Source of the DNA: an uncultured Gammaproteobacteria bacterium
GTDB lineage: Bacteria > Pseudomonadota > Gammaproteobacteria > UBA9214
Assembly (NCBI GenBank): GCA_963748215.1
Contig: CAVVHS010000005.1
Coordinates: 1-64,000, forward strand
Direction of reading: 5' to 3'
DNA length: 64,000 bases
Position numbers and translations under genes: made by a program. Shown here piece by piece: positions 43,154 to 53,642 of this stretch (within the stretch, counting starts at the first letter, position 1; each line of letters begins with the position of its first letter). The notes under the pieces were generated by a model, which made no database searches, had not been told where the DNA came from, and worked only from the letters and a program-made list of their open reading frames with translations.

Positions 43154-44062
43154 TTACTGGCGCTGGCTCAGCCGCGCCAGGCCGTCGAGGATCTGCCGGC
43201 GCACATCGCCCGGCGCATCGACCAGTGTTTCCACCAGCCCGAACAAGGGATAGTTTTCCACCTCGACCAGGCGGTACTTTCTGACCATTGCCAGGGTGTG
43301 GATACCCTCGCCGGTCAGCCTGCCACAGTCGCCGTGCGCCAGCCGCCGGCCGAGTTCACGGTGATGCGAGCCGGCGCTGGTAGCGGTGGTGACGAGGTCA
43401 CCAAGGCCGGCCAGCTGCTGCGCGGTCGCCGCCTGGCCGCCTTTGCCAATGATGATGGCCTGCATTTCACTGAGCGCCTTCACGGTGAGAAAACCGCGTA
43501 CATTGTCGCCCAGCTGCAGCTCATCGGCGGCACCGAACAGTATGGCGTAGACGTTCTTGAGCACCGAGGCCCAGGAAATGCCGGTGATGTCTGCGGAATA
43601 TTCCAGTGAAAGCCCGCTGCCGTCAAACAGGCCGGTGACCGTGGCATAGCTGCCAGGCAGCGACACGCCCACCTGCGCAAAGGCAGGTCGGCCGGCGCGG
43701 ATCTCTTCGGCAATCATCGGTCCGTACAGCACGCCGTAGCGTCGCGTATCGCCATACACCCCGGCGAGGATCTGCGCAGCCGGACGGCCCTGCGCATCCA
43801 GTCCCTTCGCCACGCTCAGCGAGAGGCTTGCCGGTGCCATGACCGGCAGCACGCGCGCCGCCAGCTCGCCCAGCGGCGTGACCGGCACGCAAAAGAGAAC
43901 GCAGTCCGCACTGGCAGCGGCCGTCTCCAGATCCACAACCGGGTGGCCCTCGACCGGCCGGATATCCCAGTACGACAGCCGGTGCCGCGTCCCCAGCAGC
44001 CGCTCCATGGCATGCCCCATCTCGCCATAGCCGATAATGAGGACGGATTTTCCGGTTGCCAT
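43154..44062 (-). CDS. NAD(P)-dependent glycerol-3-phosphate dehydrogenase-like protein
   Basis: GYGEMG Rossmann motif, VAKG, LKNVYAI, AGLGDLVTT. Confidence 0.8.
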   Translation of the reverse strand: MATGKSVLIIGYGEMGHAMERLLGTRHRLSYWDIRPVEGHPVVDLETAAASADCVLFCVPVTPLGELAARVLPVMAPASLSLSVAKGLDAQGRPAAQILAGVYGDTRRYGVLYGPMIAEEIRAGRPAFAQVGVSLPGSYATVTGLFDGSGLSLEYSADITGISWASVLKNVYAILFGAADELQLGDNVRGFLTVKALSEMQAIIIGKGGQAATAQQLAGLGDLVTTATSAGSHHRELGRRLAHGDCGRLTGEGIHTLAMVRKYRLVEVENYPLFGLVETLVDAPGDVRRQILDGLARLSQRQ

Positions 44063-44090
44063 CGCTATATCCGTTGAGCGCGTAAGGGCG

Positions 44091-44405
44091 CTACCTGATG
44101 AAGCTGCAGATGTAGTCGGTCGGGGCCCTGACCCGGACGGTGAACGTCGCGGCACCCGGCACGCTGAAGGACCCGCCCGCACCGACCGTTCTCCATTCCG
44201 TGCTGCCGGGCAGCAACACCTCCAGCTCGCCAGCCTGGATATCCATGACCTCCGGGTCAGCGGTATTGAACTCGTATTCCCCCGGCAACATGAAGCCCAG
44301 CGTCTTCAGCGAACCATCGGCAAAGCGCAGCGTGCGACTGCTGACATTGCCGTTGAAATAGACATTGGCTTTTTTTACCACCGTGACATTGCTGAATTCA
44401 GGCAT
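44091..44405 (-). CDS. ppnP: Pyrimidine/purine nucleoside phosphorylase
   Basis: ANVYFNGNVSSR..KTLGFMLPGEYEF. Confidence 0.88.
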   Translation of the reverse strand: MPEFSNVTVVKKANVYFNGNVSSRTLRFADGSLKTLGFMLPGEYEFNTADPEVMDIQAGELEVLLPGSTEWRTVGAGGSFSVPGAATFTVRVRAPTDYICSFIR

Positions 44406-44537
44406 TGCGTTTTCCTTTCGTGAACATGATCCAGGTGCACCCATGGTAGAAAATAATGCCGCCGAACACCATTCACCGGTATACGCCTTCAGTGCGTTTT
44501 GAACGATAGGGAAAGGTATTTGGCGAAGTCAGCCGGT

Positions 44538-44969
44538 TCAGCGCAGCGGCGCGACCTGGCCGTGCTCCAGATAATGCAGGTAGTCGGCGATGATCAGGTC
44601 ATGGTCGAAGACCAGTCGCGGACAGAACTGCGGCAGATACAGCTCCAGCTTTTTTGCGTCGTCGGCGGCACGCGGCTCACCCGTGGCTTCTGCAATGTAC
44701 ACGGGCGTGATGGTATGTCCGCGTGGATCGCGTGCAGGATCTGAATAGACCCCCAGCAGCAGCTTGAGCCGGACATCCAGCGTGGTTTCTTCTTTCGCCT
44801 CGCGCACGGCGGCCGCCTCCAGCGTCTCGCCGACATCGACAAAGCCGCCGGGAATGGCCCAGCCATGCGGCGGGTTCCTGCGTTCGATCAGTACGATGGG
44901 CCGGCCCGGCCGGTCGGCCATTTCGATAAGGGTGTCCACTGCGACGGCCGGTGTTTCTGGTCGGCTCAT
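44538..44969 (-). CDS. NUDIX hydrolase
   Basis: [32 protein letters not shown]. Confidence 0.92.
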   Translation of the reverse strand: MSRPETPAVAVDTLIEMADRPGRPIVLIERRNPPHGWAIPGGFVDVGETLEAAAVREAKEETTLDVRLKLLLGVYSDPARDPRGHTITPVYIAEATGEPRAADDAKKLELYLPQFCPRLVFDHDLIIADYLHYLEHGQVAPLR

Positions 44970-45367
44970 GTCGGGTCCTGTTGCTTGAAACGGTGAATGA
45001 GGCGGCGCGTACGCTTGTCCGGGCGCCGTTCGCGCACCCTGGCATGATGGCCTTCCAGCTTGCGCTGCGCAAACAGGGCATGGCGCGTGTCGGCGCTTTG
45101 TTCGGATTCGATATACAGGGTGCGCGCCTCCCCGGCCGGGCGCCGCTGCGCGGACAGCTTCACCACGCTCACCTCGAACCGGTACGGGCCCTTGCGGATG
45201 GTCAGCACGTCGCCCGCCGCGAGCTGGCGCGAGGGCTTGATGCGATTGCCGTTGTGATGCACCTTGCCGCCGTTGATGGCCTCGGTGGCCAGCGCACGGG
45301 TCTTGTAGAAGCGCGCCGCCCACAGCCACTTGTCGATGCGCATGGTTTGTCTTGATTCGTCGCCCAT
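44966..45367 (-). CDS. hslR: Ribosome-associated heat shock protein Hsp15 (S4 domain)
   Basis: [23 protein letters not shown]. Confidence 0.92.
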   Translation of the reverse strand: MGDESRQTMRIDKWLWAARFYKTRALATEAINGGKVHHNGNRIKPSRQLAAGDVLTIRKGPYRFEVSVVKLSAQRRPAGEARTLYIESEQSADTRHALFAQRKLEGHHARVRERRPDKRTRRLIHRFKQQDPT

Positions 45368-45377
45368 CAGCTCATTG

Positions 45378-45566
45378 TCGCGCAAAGGTGCAAAGAAAAG
45401 CCACAGAGGGCACGGTGTACACAGAGATCAATCATGCAATGTAGGGTGCGTTTCACGCACCGGAAACGGTGCGCACAGCGCACCCTACGAAAACCTTTCG
45501 CGACACTCTCCGCAGGGAGACAGGATGCAGCGTTTATTTCCGTGTTATTCCGTGTGCTTCCGTGGC
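45378..45566. repeat. Mosaic repeat: triplets plus GTAG REP doublet
   Basis: CGCAAAG and CACAGAG repeats, REP doublet at 45441-45488, TTCCGTG triplet at 45538. Confidence 0.8.
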
Positions 45567-45591
45567 GATTTTTAAATATTCTTGATAAGTC

Positions 45592-46245
45592 CTACAGTTG
45601 CTGCCCCTGCCGCTGTTGCGAGGCCAGGCCGGCGCGCGCGGTCGACACGAACCGTGCATAGGGCATGGCGCCGTCCAGGCGGTGCTGTTCACTGAAAAAC
45701 ACCGTCGGTGTCGCACGTACCGCGTACTTGCCGGCCGCCGCCAGGTTCTGCTGCAGCGTTTCCACGTACTGCGGATCGGACCAGGCCTTTTCCACGATGT
45801 CCGCCGGCACCCCGCACTCGGCGGCCAGCTGCCGCAGCAGCGCCGTATCACCGATATTAAGACCGTCAACGAAATACGCCTCGAACAGGCGCCGGTGCAG
45901 CACGTAGAAGGTATCGGCACCGGCCTGCTTGGCGGCCTCGGCCAGCAGCAGGGCCTGGTGCGAATTGGCGTTGATCGTCTGCTCACGCAGTGTCACACCC
46001 TCCTCTGCCGCCAGGTGTGCCAGGTTGTCCATCATCAGGCGCCAGCGGGCATCGTCATAGCCGAGATCGGTGATCGGCATGCCCCCGGCCGGCGTCTCGG
46101 GATGGATCTCGAGCAACATCCAGTTGATCTTCAGATCGAAATGTTCGCGCAGGCGGTCCAGGCGCAGGTCGCCGATGTAACAGAACGGACAGATGTAATC
46201 GGAGAATACAGTAGCGAGCAGGACGGGTTTTTCGGTAGCGGACAT
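45592..46245 (-). CDS. DsbA/FrnE-family oxidoreductase
   Basis: FSDYICPFCYIG, EIHPETP, ATPT. Confidence 0.85.
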   Translation of the reverse strand: MSATEKPVLLATVFSDYICPFCYIGDLRLDRLREHFDLKINWMLLEIHPETPAGGMPITDLGYDDARWRLMMDNLAHLAAEEGVTLREQTINANSHQALLLAEAAKQAGADTFYVLHRRLFEAYFVDGLNIGDTALLRQLAAECGVPADIVEKAWSDPQYVETLQQNLAAAGKYAVRATPTVFFSEQHRLDGAMPYARFVSTARAGLASQQRQGQQL

Positions 46246-46261
46246 GAAGACCTCTCGAAGA

Positions 46262-46289
46262 GCCCCTCTCCCGGACGGGGGAGAGGGGC
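46262..46289. repeat. CCCCTCTCC..GGAGAGGGG hairpin (terminator or repeat family)
   Basis: GCCCCTCTCC-cggacggg-GGAGAGGGGC. Confidence 0.55.
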
Positions 46290-46356
46290 ACATAAAGCTG
46301 CGGCATGGTGGATCACAGCCGCCGGCCCCGGGTTAAGCCCGACTGGCCACCAATGT

Positions 46357-48270
46357 CTATTGACCGCCAGTCACCGGGCTGGTCATCGCCTGCAGCAACT
46401 GGTTCAACCGGTTGACGAAGGACACCGGGTCCTCAAGCTGGCCGCCCTCGCTGAGCATGGCCTGGTCGAGCAGGATGTTCGACCAGTCGGCAAAGCGCAC
46501 GTTGTCCGCCTCATCCTGCAGGCGGCTCACCAGCGGGTGGGTCGGGTTGACTTCCAGTACCGGCTTGCTGACCGGCACCTCGTGACCGGCCTGGCGCAGC
46601 ATGTGCTGCATGTGCACGGGCATGTCCTGCTCGCCCATCACCAGGCAGGACGGCGATTCGGTCAGGCGCTGGCTCACCCGCACCTCCGCGACGCGCTCGC
46701 CCAGCGTCTCCTGCATGCGCCTGACCAGGCCGGCGTACTCTTCCCCGGTCTTTTTCGCCGCGGCTTTTTCCGCTTCATCGGCCAGCTTGTCGAGGTCCAG
46801 CTCGCCCTTGGCTACCGAGGCCAGCGGCTTGCCGTCGTACTCGTGCAGGTGCGACACCAGCCACTCGTCGACGCGGTCGGACAGCAGCAGCACCTCGATG
46901 CCCTTGCGTCGGAAGATCTGCAGGTGCGGGCTGTTTTTCGCCGCGGCGAAGGTCTCGGCGGTGATGTAGTAGATTTTGTCCTGGCCATCCTTCATGCGCT
47001 TGATGTAGTCGTCCAGCGCAACCGTCTGCTCCGCGCTGTCGGCCGCGGTACTGGCGAAGCGCAGCAGTTTCGAAATGCGTTCACGATTGGCAAAGTCCTC
47101 GCCCGGCCCCTCCTTCAGCACGCGGCCGAACTGCTGCCAGAACTGCGCATACAGCTCCGGCTTCTCGCCTGCCATGCCCTCGAGCATGCCCAGAACCTTC
47201 TTGACCGAGCCCGCGCGGATGGTGTCGATCAGCCGGTTGTGCTGCAGGATTTCACGCGATACATTCAGCGGCAGATCGTCGGAGTCCACCAGGCCGCGCA
47301 CGAAGCGCAGGTAATAGGGCATCAGCTGCTCGGCGTCGTCCATGATGAACACACGCCGCACGTACAGCTTGATGCCGTGCCGGCTGTCGCGGTCGTACAG
47401 GTCGAACGGCGCGCGCGTCGGCACGTAGAACAGCGAAGTGTAGGACTGCGTGCCCTCGACGTGGCTGTGCACCCACCGCATCGGGTCTTCGAAATCGTGC
47501 GCGACGTGCTTGTAGAATTCGGTGTATTCCTCGTCGCTGATTTCGCTGCGCGGCCGGGTCCACAGCGCGGAGGCCTTGTTGACCGCCTCGAATTCGCCCG
47601 TGGCCTGCTCCTCGTCCGCGGCCTGCTTCGGCATCTCGATCGGCAGCGGGATGTGGTCGGAGTACTTGCTGACGATGCTGCGCAGCCGGAAGCCGTCGAG
47701 GAACTCGTCCTCGCCCTCGCGCAGGTGCAGCACGATTTCGGTGCCGCGAGCGGCCTTCTCGACTGTCTCCAGGGTGTAGCTGCCGTCTCCGGCCGAAACC
47801 CAGCGCACGCCCTGGGCGGCCGGCAGGCCGGCCTTGCGCGTGGTCAGGGTCACCTTGTCGGCGACGATGAAAGCGGAGTAGAAACCGACGCCGAACTGGC
47901 CGATCAGCTGCGTATCCTTCGCCTGGTCGCCGGTCAGCGATTCGAAGAACTGCCGGGTGCCGGACCTGGCGATGGTGCCGATGTTGTCGACCACCTCGTC
48001 ACGCGTCATGCCGATGCCACTGTCAGACACCGTAACGGTACGCGCTGTCTTGTCGAAATCGATACGGATACCGAGCTGCGTGTCACCCTCGTATAGCGCG
48101 TCGTTGGCGAGCGCCTCGAAGCGCAGCTTGTCGCAGGCATCGGAACCGTTGGAGATCAGTTCGCGCAGGAAGATTTCCTTGTTCGAATACAGCGAATGGA
48201 TCATCAGGTGCAGCAGCTGCTTCACCTCGGTCTGGAATTCGAGGGTTTCTCTCTGTGCATCAACTGTCAT
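46357..48270 (-). CDS. htpG: Chaperone HtpG (Hsp90)
   Basis: [34 protein letters not shown]. Confidence 0.98.
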   Translation of the reverse strand: MTVDAQRETLEFQTEVKQLLHLMIHSLYSNKEIFLRELISNGSDACDKLRFEALANDALYEGDTQLGIRIDFDKTARTVTVSDSGIGMTRDEVVDNIGTIARSGTRQFFESLTGDQAKDTQLIGQFGVGFYSAFIVADKVTLTTRKAGLPAAQGVRWVSAGDGSYTLETVEKAARGTEIVLHLREGEDEFLDGFRLRSIVSKYSDHIPLPIEMPKQAADEEQATGEFEAVNKASALWTRPRSEISDEEYTEFYKHVAHDFEDPMRWVHSHVEGTQSYTSLFYVPTRAPFDLYDRDSRHGIKLYVRRVFIMDDAEQLMPYYLRFVRGLVDSDDLPLNVSREILQHNRLIDTIRAGSVKKVLGMLEGMAGEKPELYAQFWQQFGRVLKEGPGEDFANRERISKLLRFASTAADSAEQTVALDDYIKRMKDGQDKIYYITAETFAAAKNSPHLQIFRRKGIEVLLLSDRVDEWLVSHLHEYDGKPLASVAKGELDLDKLADEAEKAAAKKTGEEYAGLVRRMQETLGERVAEVRVSQRLTESPSCLVMGEQDMPVHMQHMLRQAGHEVPVSKPVLEVNPTHPLVSRLQDEADNVRFADWSNILLDQAMLSEGGQLEDPVSFVNRLNQLLQAMTSPVTGGQ

Positions 48271-48324
48271 GCGTCATACTCCTGAAAATGCTGTGGATAG
48301 TCGCCAGATGGGGGCAGATCAGCG

Positions 48325-48834
48325 CTATTTCAAGCCCTTGAGGTCGACACCCTCGTGCCCCAGCAGCCAGCGCTTGCGGCGCAGCGGCGGCCCCGACATG
48401 TGGCCGCTATAACCGCCCGCGCCGCTGCTGCTGACCACGCGATGGCAAGGCACCACCACGGGCACCGGGTTGTGCCGGCAGGCATTGCCCACGGCACGCG
48501 CACCGCTGCCGAGCTGCCGCGCGAGCTCGCCGTAGGTGCGCGTCTGGCCCTGAGGAATCGCGCACAGGGCCTGCCACACGCGCTGCTGGAAGTCCGTGCC
48601 GTCCAGCTGCACGGGCAGGCCAACCGGCCGGCTGCCATCAGTGAAATACCGTTCCAGCGCGCGTGCCACGCGGCGCGCACCGGCGCTGCTGCCATCCACC
48701 GGCTGGCGGGAGGCCGGCAGGTAGTCGATGCAGGTCACGGCGTTGTGTTCCAGGCGAATGCCCAGCGGACCGAGTGGCGAGGCGAATATCAGCGCATAGT
48801 CCGGGGCCGGATGCTGTTTTTTTCCTGCAGTCAT
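48325..48834 (-). CDS. ogt: Methylated-DNA--protein-cysteine methyltransferase
   Basis: GTDFQQRVW, ARAVGNAC, PCHRV. Confidence 0.92.
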   Translation of the reverse strand: MTAGKKQHPAPDYALIFASPLGPLGIRLEHNAVTCIDYLPASRQPVDGSSAGARRVARALERYFTDGSRPVGLPVQLDGTDFQQRVWQALCAIPQGQTRTYGELARQLGSGARAVGNACRHNPVPVVVPCHRVVSSSGAGGYSGHMSGPPLRRKRWLLGHEGVDLKGLK

Positions 48835-48962
48835 GAAAATATCCTCCCTTCCCGGCATGACCGGAAAATTTCAACTTAACAGGGCTTCAATATCCATTTT
48901 TCACCAGGAACGCTGGAATTATGGCCCATGGTGGTCGATTTTGACTGGATTCCCTGGTCGCT

Positions 48963-49133
48963 GCGGGCATGGCCCAGGCCAGCTCTCGACCCGGGCTATG
49001 CCCGAAAAATGGTCTCTCCTTCTCCAGCCCTCTCGCGACGCTGGCAGAAGTCCGAGTGTCGCGAAGCACAGGGAGAAGGTGAGACCGCGTAGCGGTCGAG
49101 AGGCTGGCCTGGGCTATGTGCGAGAGCGCCCGC
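48963..49133 (+). ncRNA. Candidate multi-branched structured RNA/ssDNA element
   Basis: Three nested long stems with several G-T pairs on the + strand; non-coding. Confidence 0.4.
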
Positions 49134-49169
49134 TTGTACTTCACTGTACTTCGTACGCGGGAATGGCAT

Positions 49170-49271
49170 AAGAATTCTCTGATTAATTCGTCATGCCGGC
49201 GAAGGCCGGCATCCAGGTCATTGAAGAATCTGGATCCCGGCATGACGATGAGTGAATTAATCAGAGGTTCC
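49170..49271. mobile_element. MITE with CGTC REP pair (copy 2)
   Basis: Near-identical to 36014-36124, with a 10-bp internal deletion. Confidence 0.75.
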
Positions 49272-49280
49272 ATAAATAAA

Positions 49281-49352
49281 CTCTGTGCGCTCTGTTTTCT
49301 CTGTGGCTGTTTTTTATTCATTACCTTGGCGACTTTGCGTCTTGGCGCGAGA
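49281..49352 (-). repeat. CGCMAAG x3 + CACAGAG x3 triplet pair
   Basis: Reverse complement TCTCGCGCCAAGACGCAAAGTCGCCAAG..GCCACAGAGAAAACAGAGCGCACAGAG. Confidence 0.75.
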
Positions 49353-49394
49353 AAATCTGTAAATTCCCGATGCAGCGCATCTCCCCACAAACGC

Positions 49395-49425
49395 AAACGG
49401 GCACCCCGTTACCGGGGTGCCCGTC
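49395..49425 (-). terminator. Intrinsic terminator of the rpsP operon
   Basis: ACGGGCACCCCG-tta-CCGGGGTGCCCGT hairpin; T-run follows on the minus strand. Confidence 0.75.
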
Positions 49426-49456
49426 AGTATAGACCGCGAACCGGTTGCGGGGAGGC

Positions 49457-49801
49457 CTAGAGCTTTTCCTTGATGCGGGCGGACTTGCCGGACAGTTCGC
49501 GCAGGTAGTAGAGCTTGGCGCGACGCACGTCGCCCTTGCGCTTGACCTTGATGGAGCCGATCGCTGCGCTGTGGGTCTGGAACACGCGTTCCACGCCCTC
49601 GCCGTGAGAGATCTTGCGCACCGTGAAGGCCGAGTTCATGCCGCGATTGCGCTTGGCGATACACACTCCCTCGAACGCCTGCAGACGCTCGCGATCACCT
49701 TCCTTCACCTTCACCTCGACCACGACGGTGTCACCGGGACTGAAGTCCGGAATGTCCTTGCGCATCTGTTCCTGTTCAAGCTGTTCGATAATGTTGCTCA
49801 T
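49457..49801 (-). CDS. rplS: 50S ribosomal protein L19
   Basis: [27 protein letters not shown]. Confidence 0.98.
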   Translation of the reverse strand: MSNIIEQLEQEQMRKDIPDFSPGDTVVVEVKVKEGDRERLQAFEGVCIAKRNRGMNSAFTVRKISHGEGVERVFQTHSAAIGSIKVKRKGDVRRAKLYYLRELSGKSARIKEKL

Positions 49802-49839
49802 GACTCGATCCTCGGTTTCAAAATACGGCGATTGATCAC

Positions 49840-50586
49840 TCAATTGCCTGGTTCATGCTCATTGATAAATTCATCCAGCAGCCGCTGCTGCTCGTCGCTC
49901 AGGCGCATCCGCGCCAGCAGGTCCGGGCGCCGCAGCCAGGTCCTGCCCAGCGCCTGCTTTTGGCGCCAGCGCCGGATCGCGGCGTGGTCACCGCTCAGCA
50001 GCACCGCCGGCACGTCCCTGCCCTCGATCCGCTCCGGCCGCGTGTAGTGCGGATAATCCAGCAGACCGTCCATGAAGGAGTCGGCAAGCGCCGAATCCGC
50101 CGCACCCAGCGCACCGGGCAGGAGCCGCGTCACCGCATCCATTACCAGCAGCGCCGGCAGTTCGCCGCCGCTCAGCACGAAATCGCCGACCGACAGCTCT
50201 TCATCGACTTCCAGCTCGACGAGCCGCTCGTCGATCCCCTCGTAGCGCCCCGCCACGAGGACCAGTCGTTCCTGCGTCGCCAGTTCGCGCGCACGCTGCT
50301 GGTCGAAGCGTGCACCCTGCGGCGACAGGCAGATTACCCGGGCCGCCCCCGATTCCGCCGACCGCGCCGCGCGGATCGCGTCGCGCAGCGGCTGCACCTG
50401 CATCACCATGCCGGGACCGCCGCCGTACGGCCGGTCATCGACGTTGCGGTGCCGGTCGGTGGTGAAATCACGTGGATTCCATGTCCCCAGTTCCAGCACG
50501 CCCTGCGCGATGGCGCGGCCCTGGATACCATAGCCGCTGAGATCCCGGATCATCTCCGGAAACAGCGTCACCACATCGATGCGCAT
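49840..50586 (-). CDS. trmD: tRNA (guanine-N1)-methyltransferase
   Basis: [26 protein letters not shown]. Confidence 0.98.
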   Translation of the reverse strand: MRIDVVTLFPEMIRDLSGYGIQGRAIAQGVLELGTWNPRDFTTDRHRNVDDRPYGGGPGMVMQVQPLRDAIRAARSAESGAARVICLSPQGARFDQQRARELATQERLVLVAGRYEGIDERLVELEVDEELSVGDFVLSGGELPALLVMDAVTRLLPGALGAADSALADSFMDGLLDYPHYTRPERIEGRDVPAVLLSGDHAAIRRWRQKQALGRTWLRRPDLLARMRLSDEQQRLLDEFINEHEPGN

Positions 50587-50596
50587 CGTGCGCCGC

Positions 50597-51130
50597 TCAG
50601 TAATCGGGGTCCCAATCGACCCGTATCACGCGCTGCTCGAGATCAACCGCCTCGACCACCTGGCCGATCACGAACGGCACCAGGATTTCGCGCTCGCCCC
50701 TGACCACCAGGACATCGTTGGCGCCGGTCTCGACCAGGTGATCGACCGTGCCGAGTACCCGGCCCAGCTTCGTCATGACCTGCAGCCCGATCAGGTCATT
50801 CCAGTAATATTCGTTTTCACCGGCCGCCGGCAGCTGGCTGCGCCAGACACCGATTTCCGTGCCGGTCAGACCCATGGCGGCATCGCGGTCCGTACAGTCG
50901 GCCAGCAGCGCCACCAGGCCCTTGCCATGCGGTCGCGCATCCAGCACCTCGGCCTCGCGCCAGTCGCCGTCGTGGCCGAAATACCACGGCGTGTAATCCA
51001 GCAGGCCGTCGGACAGCTCGGTGAACGCGGTTATGCGCACCCAGCCCTTGACGCCGAAGGGTCCTGCAATGCGACCCATGACCAGCATCTCGTCCTGCGC
51101 ATCTCTGTCCGTACCTGCATTCCCGGGCAT
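50597..51130 (-). CDS. rimM: Ribosome maturation factor RimM
   Basis: [31 protein letters not shown]. Confidence 0.96.
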   Translation of the reverse strand: MPGNAGTDRDAQDEMLVMGRIAGPFGVKGWVRITAFTELSDGLLDYTPWYFGHDGDWREAEVLDARPHGKGLVALLADCTDRDAAMGLTGTEIGVWRSQLPAAGENEYYWNDLIGLQVMTKLGRVLGTVDHLVETGANDVLVVRGEREILVPFVIGQVVEAVDLEQRVIRVDWDPDY

Positions 51131-51152
51131 ACCGGCAACCCGAGCCCCCGCG

Positions 51153-51398
51153 TTACTGGGCCTGCTGTACCTTCAGCAAATGCGCCACACGATCGGATAT
51201 CACGGCACCCTGGCTTGCCCAGTGATCCGCACGTTCGGTATCGATGCGCAAACGCACCTCGCCGCCGGTTGCCACCGGGTTGAAAAATCCGATTCGCTCG
51301 ATATAGCGTCCGTCCCGGCGATTACGGCTATCCGTCACCACGATGTGGTAGAACGGACGCTTCTTGGCGCCGCCACGTGACATTCTGATTGTCACCAT
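51153..51398 (-). CDS. rpsP: 30S ribosomal protein S16
   Basis: [31 protein letters not shown]. Confidence 0.98.
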   Translation of the reverse strand: MVTIRMSRGGAKKRPFYHIVVTDSRNRRDGRYIERIGFFNPVATGGEVRLRIDTERADHWASQGAVISDRVAHLLKVQQAQ

Positions 51399-51812
51399 AA
51401 AACCTGTCCTCTGCCTGAAAATCCGCCCATGCACCCGCACCTGAAAAATGCGGCTGCTGAAAGCCGGGCAATTCTACGCGAATTCCGGGAAATGTGAAGG
51501 GTTGCAGGCAATTAACCCGTGACGGTTGCACGTCACCCGGGATCGATCTTCGTCACGTGACACGCCATGTCGGGACACGCTGCCATCGGCTGGACGATCG
51601 TCCAGGTTGTCGAGATTGGTTACAGTCACTTCACGACGCCATCCCCTGCGGCGCGCAGCCGATTAGTTATTGTTTTCTCGATATTTCTCCCGCGACAGCG
51701 GCACGCGCCAAGGCGGCCGGTCTGTCGGCATTTCTTACGCAGTCGCGCCGGCGCCGGCGCCGCAATTCGGGGCAGCCATCTAACCCATTCTGCTAAATAG
51801 GGTTTTCAAGGC

Positions 51813-51828
51813 TGGCACGGCATTTGCT
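51813..51828 (+). promoter_or_regulatory. sigma54 (-24/-12) promoter
   Basis: TGGCACG-GCAT-TTGCT matches the TGGCACG-N4-TTGCW consensus exactly. Confidence 0.8.
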
Positions 51829-51838
51829 TATTTACCAA

Positions 51839-52025
51839 GGCGAGCAAAGAAGAAAAGAACAAGGGGGGGAGGTAGTTCCAACGACACAAGAACAGGAGCT
51901 CTCTGCACAACAATTACAAGAACCGGCTTGCGCAGTGGTATCTGTACCAGCAGTACAAGAACAACAAATTCGATACCCTTATCGCGCAATGTTTGACGGT
52001 GGCCCAGGCCACCGTATTATTTTGT
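51839..52025 (+). ncRNA. Candidate CrcZ-like A-rich Hfq-sponge sRNA
   Basis: After the sigma54 promoter; repeated ACAAGAAC/AACAACAA tracts; terminator ACGGTGGC-CCAG-GCCACCGT-ATTATTTT. Confidence 0.6.
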
Positions 52026-52165
52026 GCGCCTTCCAGTCTAGCTAGCCCGCATTTCTCACCGGGCGGCGGTTATCCGACTCAAATGAACTGAACTATGAAA
52101 TTAATACTCATTCGGCAATAAACAATGTGTCATTGGCCGCTGCCTATCCCGGTGAGACATGCGGG

Positions 52166-53518
52166 CTAGAACGGCAGGCCCATCGGCCCCTTGCCTTTCA
52201 TGCCGCGCAGCATCTTGCCCATCCCGCCTTTCGACATCTTCTTCATCATTTTCTGCATCTGCAGGTGCTGTTTCAGCAGGCGGTTCACGTCCTGCACCTG
52301 GGTGCCGGAACCCGCCGCGATGCGACGCCGGCGCGAGCCGTTGATTACACCCGGGAAGCTGCGCTCGTGCGCTGTCATGGAATTGATGATCGCCTTCATG
52401 CGATGGACCTGTCCGTCATCGGCCATGGCGTTTTTCGGCAACTGGCCCATCCCGGGCAGCTTGTCCATCAGGCCGGCGAGCCCGCCCATGTTCAGCATCT
52501 GGTCGAGCTGGTCGCGGAAATCGTTCAGATCGAAACCCTTGCCCTTGCTGATCTTCTTCGCCAGCTTGGCGACGGCCTCCTTGTCGACCTTCTGCTCGGC
52601 CTCCTCGACCAGGCTCAGCACGTCGCCCATGCCGAGAATGCGCGAGGCCACGCGGTCGGGATAGAACGGCTCCAGCGCCGCCGTTTTCTCGCCCACGCCG
52701 ATGAACTTGATCGGCTTGCCGGTGACCGAGCGAATCGACAGCGCGGCACCGCCACGGGCGTCGCCATCGGTCTTGGTGAGCACCACGCCGGTCAGCGGCA
52801 GGACCTCGTTGAAGGTGCGCGCGGTATTGGCGGCGTCCTGGCCGGTCATGCTGTCGACCACGAACAGTGTCTCCACCGGGTCGATCGCCGCGTGCACGCG
52901 GCGGATCTCTTCCATCATCTCGTCATCGATGTGCAGGCGGCCGGCGGTGTCGACGATCACCACGTCGATGTGCTGCTTGCGCGCATGCGCGACCGCATCG
53001 CGGGCGATGGTGACCGGGTCCTGGTCGGCACGACTCGGGAAGAACACCGCGCCCACCTCGTTCGCCAGCGTCTGCAGCTGGTCGATGGCCGCGGGCCGGT
53101 AGATATCGCAACTGGCCAGCAGTACCGTCTTCTTCTCGCGTGCCATCAGCCTGCGCGCCAGCTTGGCGCTGCTGGTGGTCTTGCCGGAACCCTGCAGGCC
53201 GGCCATCAGGATCACCGCGGGCGGCTGCACGTTCAGATGCAGCGCGTCGTTGGCATCGCCCATCACGTGCACCAGCTCGTCGCTGACCACCTTGACGAGG
53301 GTCTGGCCCGGGGTCAGGCTCTTGAGCACATCCTGGCCAAGGGCGCGCTCGCGCACCCGGTCGATGAACTCTTTCACCACCGGCAGGGCGACATCCGCTT
53401 CCAGCAGCGCCATGCGCACGTCGCGCAGCGCGTCCCGGATATTGTCCTCGCTCAGGCGCCCCTGCCCGCGCAGGTTGCGGATCGTTTTGGAGAGGCGTTC
53501 GGATAGATTGTCAAACAT
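52166..53518 (-). CDS. ffh: Signal recognition particle protein
   Basis: GLQGSGKTT, DTAGR, TKTDGDARGG, ILGMGD. Confidence 0.98.
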   Translation of the reverse strand: MFDNLSERLSKTIRNLRGQGRLSEDNIRDALRDVRMALLEADVALPVVKEFIDRVRERALGQDVLKSLTPGQTLVKVVSDELVHVMGDANDALHLNVQPPAVILMAGLQGSGKTTSSAKLARRLMAREKKTVLLASCDIYRPAAIDQLQTLANEVGAVFFPSRADQDPVTIARDAVAHARKQHIDVVIVDTAGRLHIDDEMMEEIRRVHAAIDPVETLFVVDSMTGQDAANTARTFNEVLPLTGVVLTKTDGDARGGAALSIRSVTGKPIKFIGVGEKTAALEPFYPDRVASRILGMGDVLSLVEEAEQKVDKEAVAKLAKKISKGKGFDLNDFRDQLDQMLNMGGLAGLMDKLPGMGQLPKNAMADDGQVHRMKAIINSMTAHERSFPGVINGSRRRRIAAGSGTQVQDVNRLLKQHLQMQKMMKKMSKGGMGKMLRGMKGKGPMGLPF

Positions 53519-53642
53519 GGCGTCGTGTTCCGGTTCGTCCCGGGCCTGGCAGCAAGGACCGGATTATACCCGCTAATCACCTTACTGTGCGGGTAGCCGG
53601 CCGACTCTTCAATGCCCGCAGCAGTTGTGCGATGATGCCGCC

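Noticed and set aside
45598-48096. Long 832-aa + strand ORF (and similar ones opposite alaS, mutS, addAB, ffh, radA)
   Set aside because: Antisense shadows of GC3-rich real genes
51824-52045. 73-aa ORF
   Set aside because: Its TTG start lies within the sigma54 -12 box with no RBS; the QE-rich translation reflects the A-rich RNA motifs
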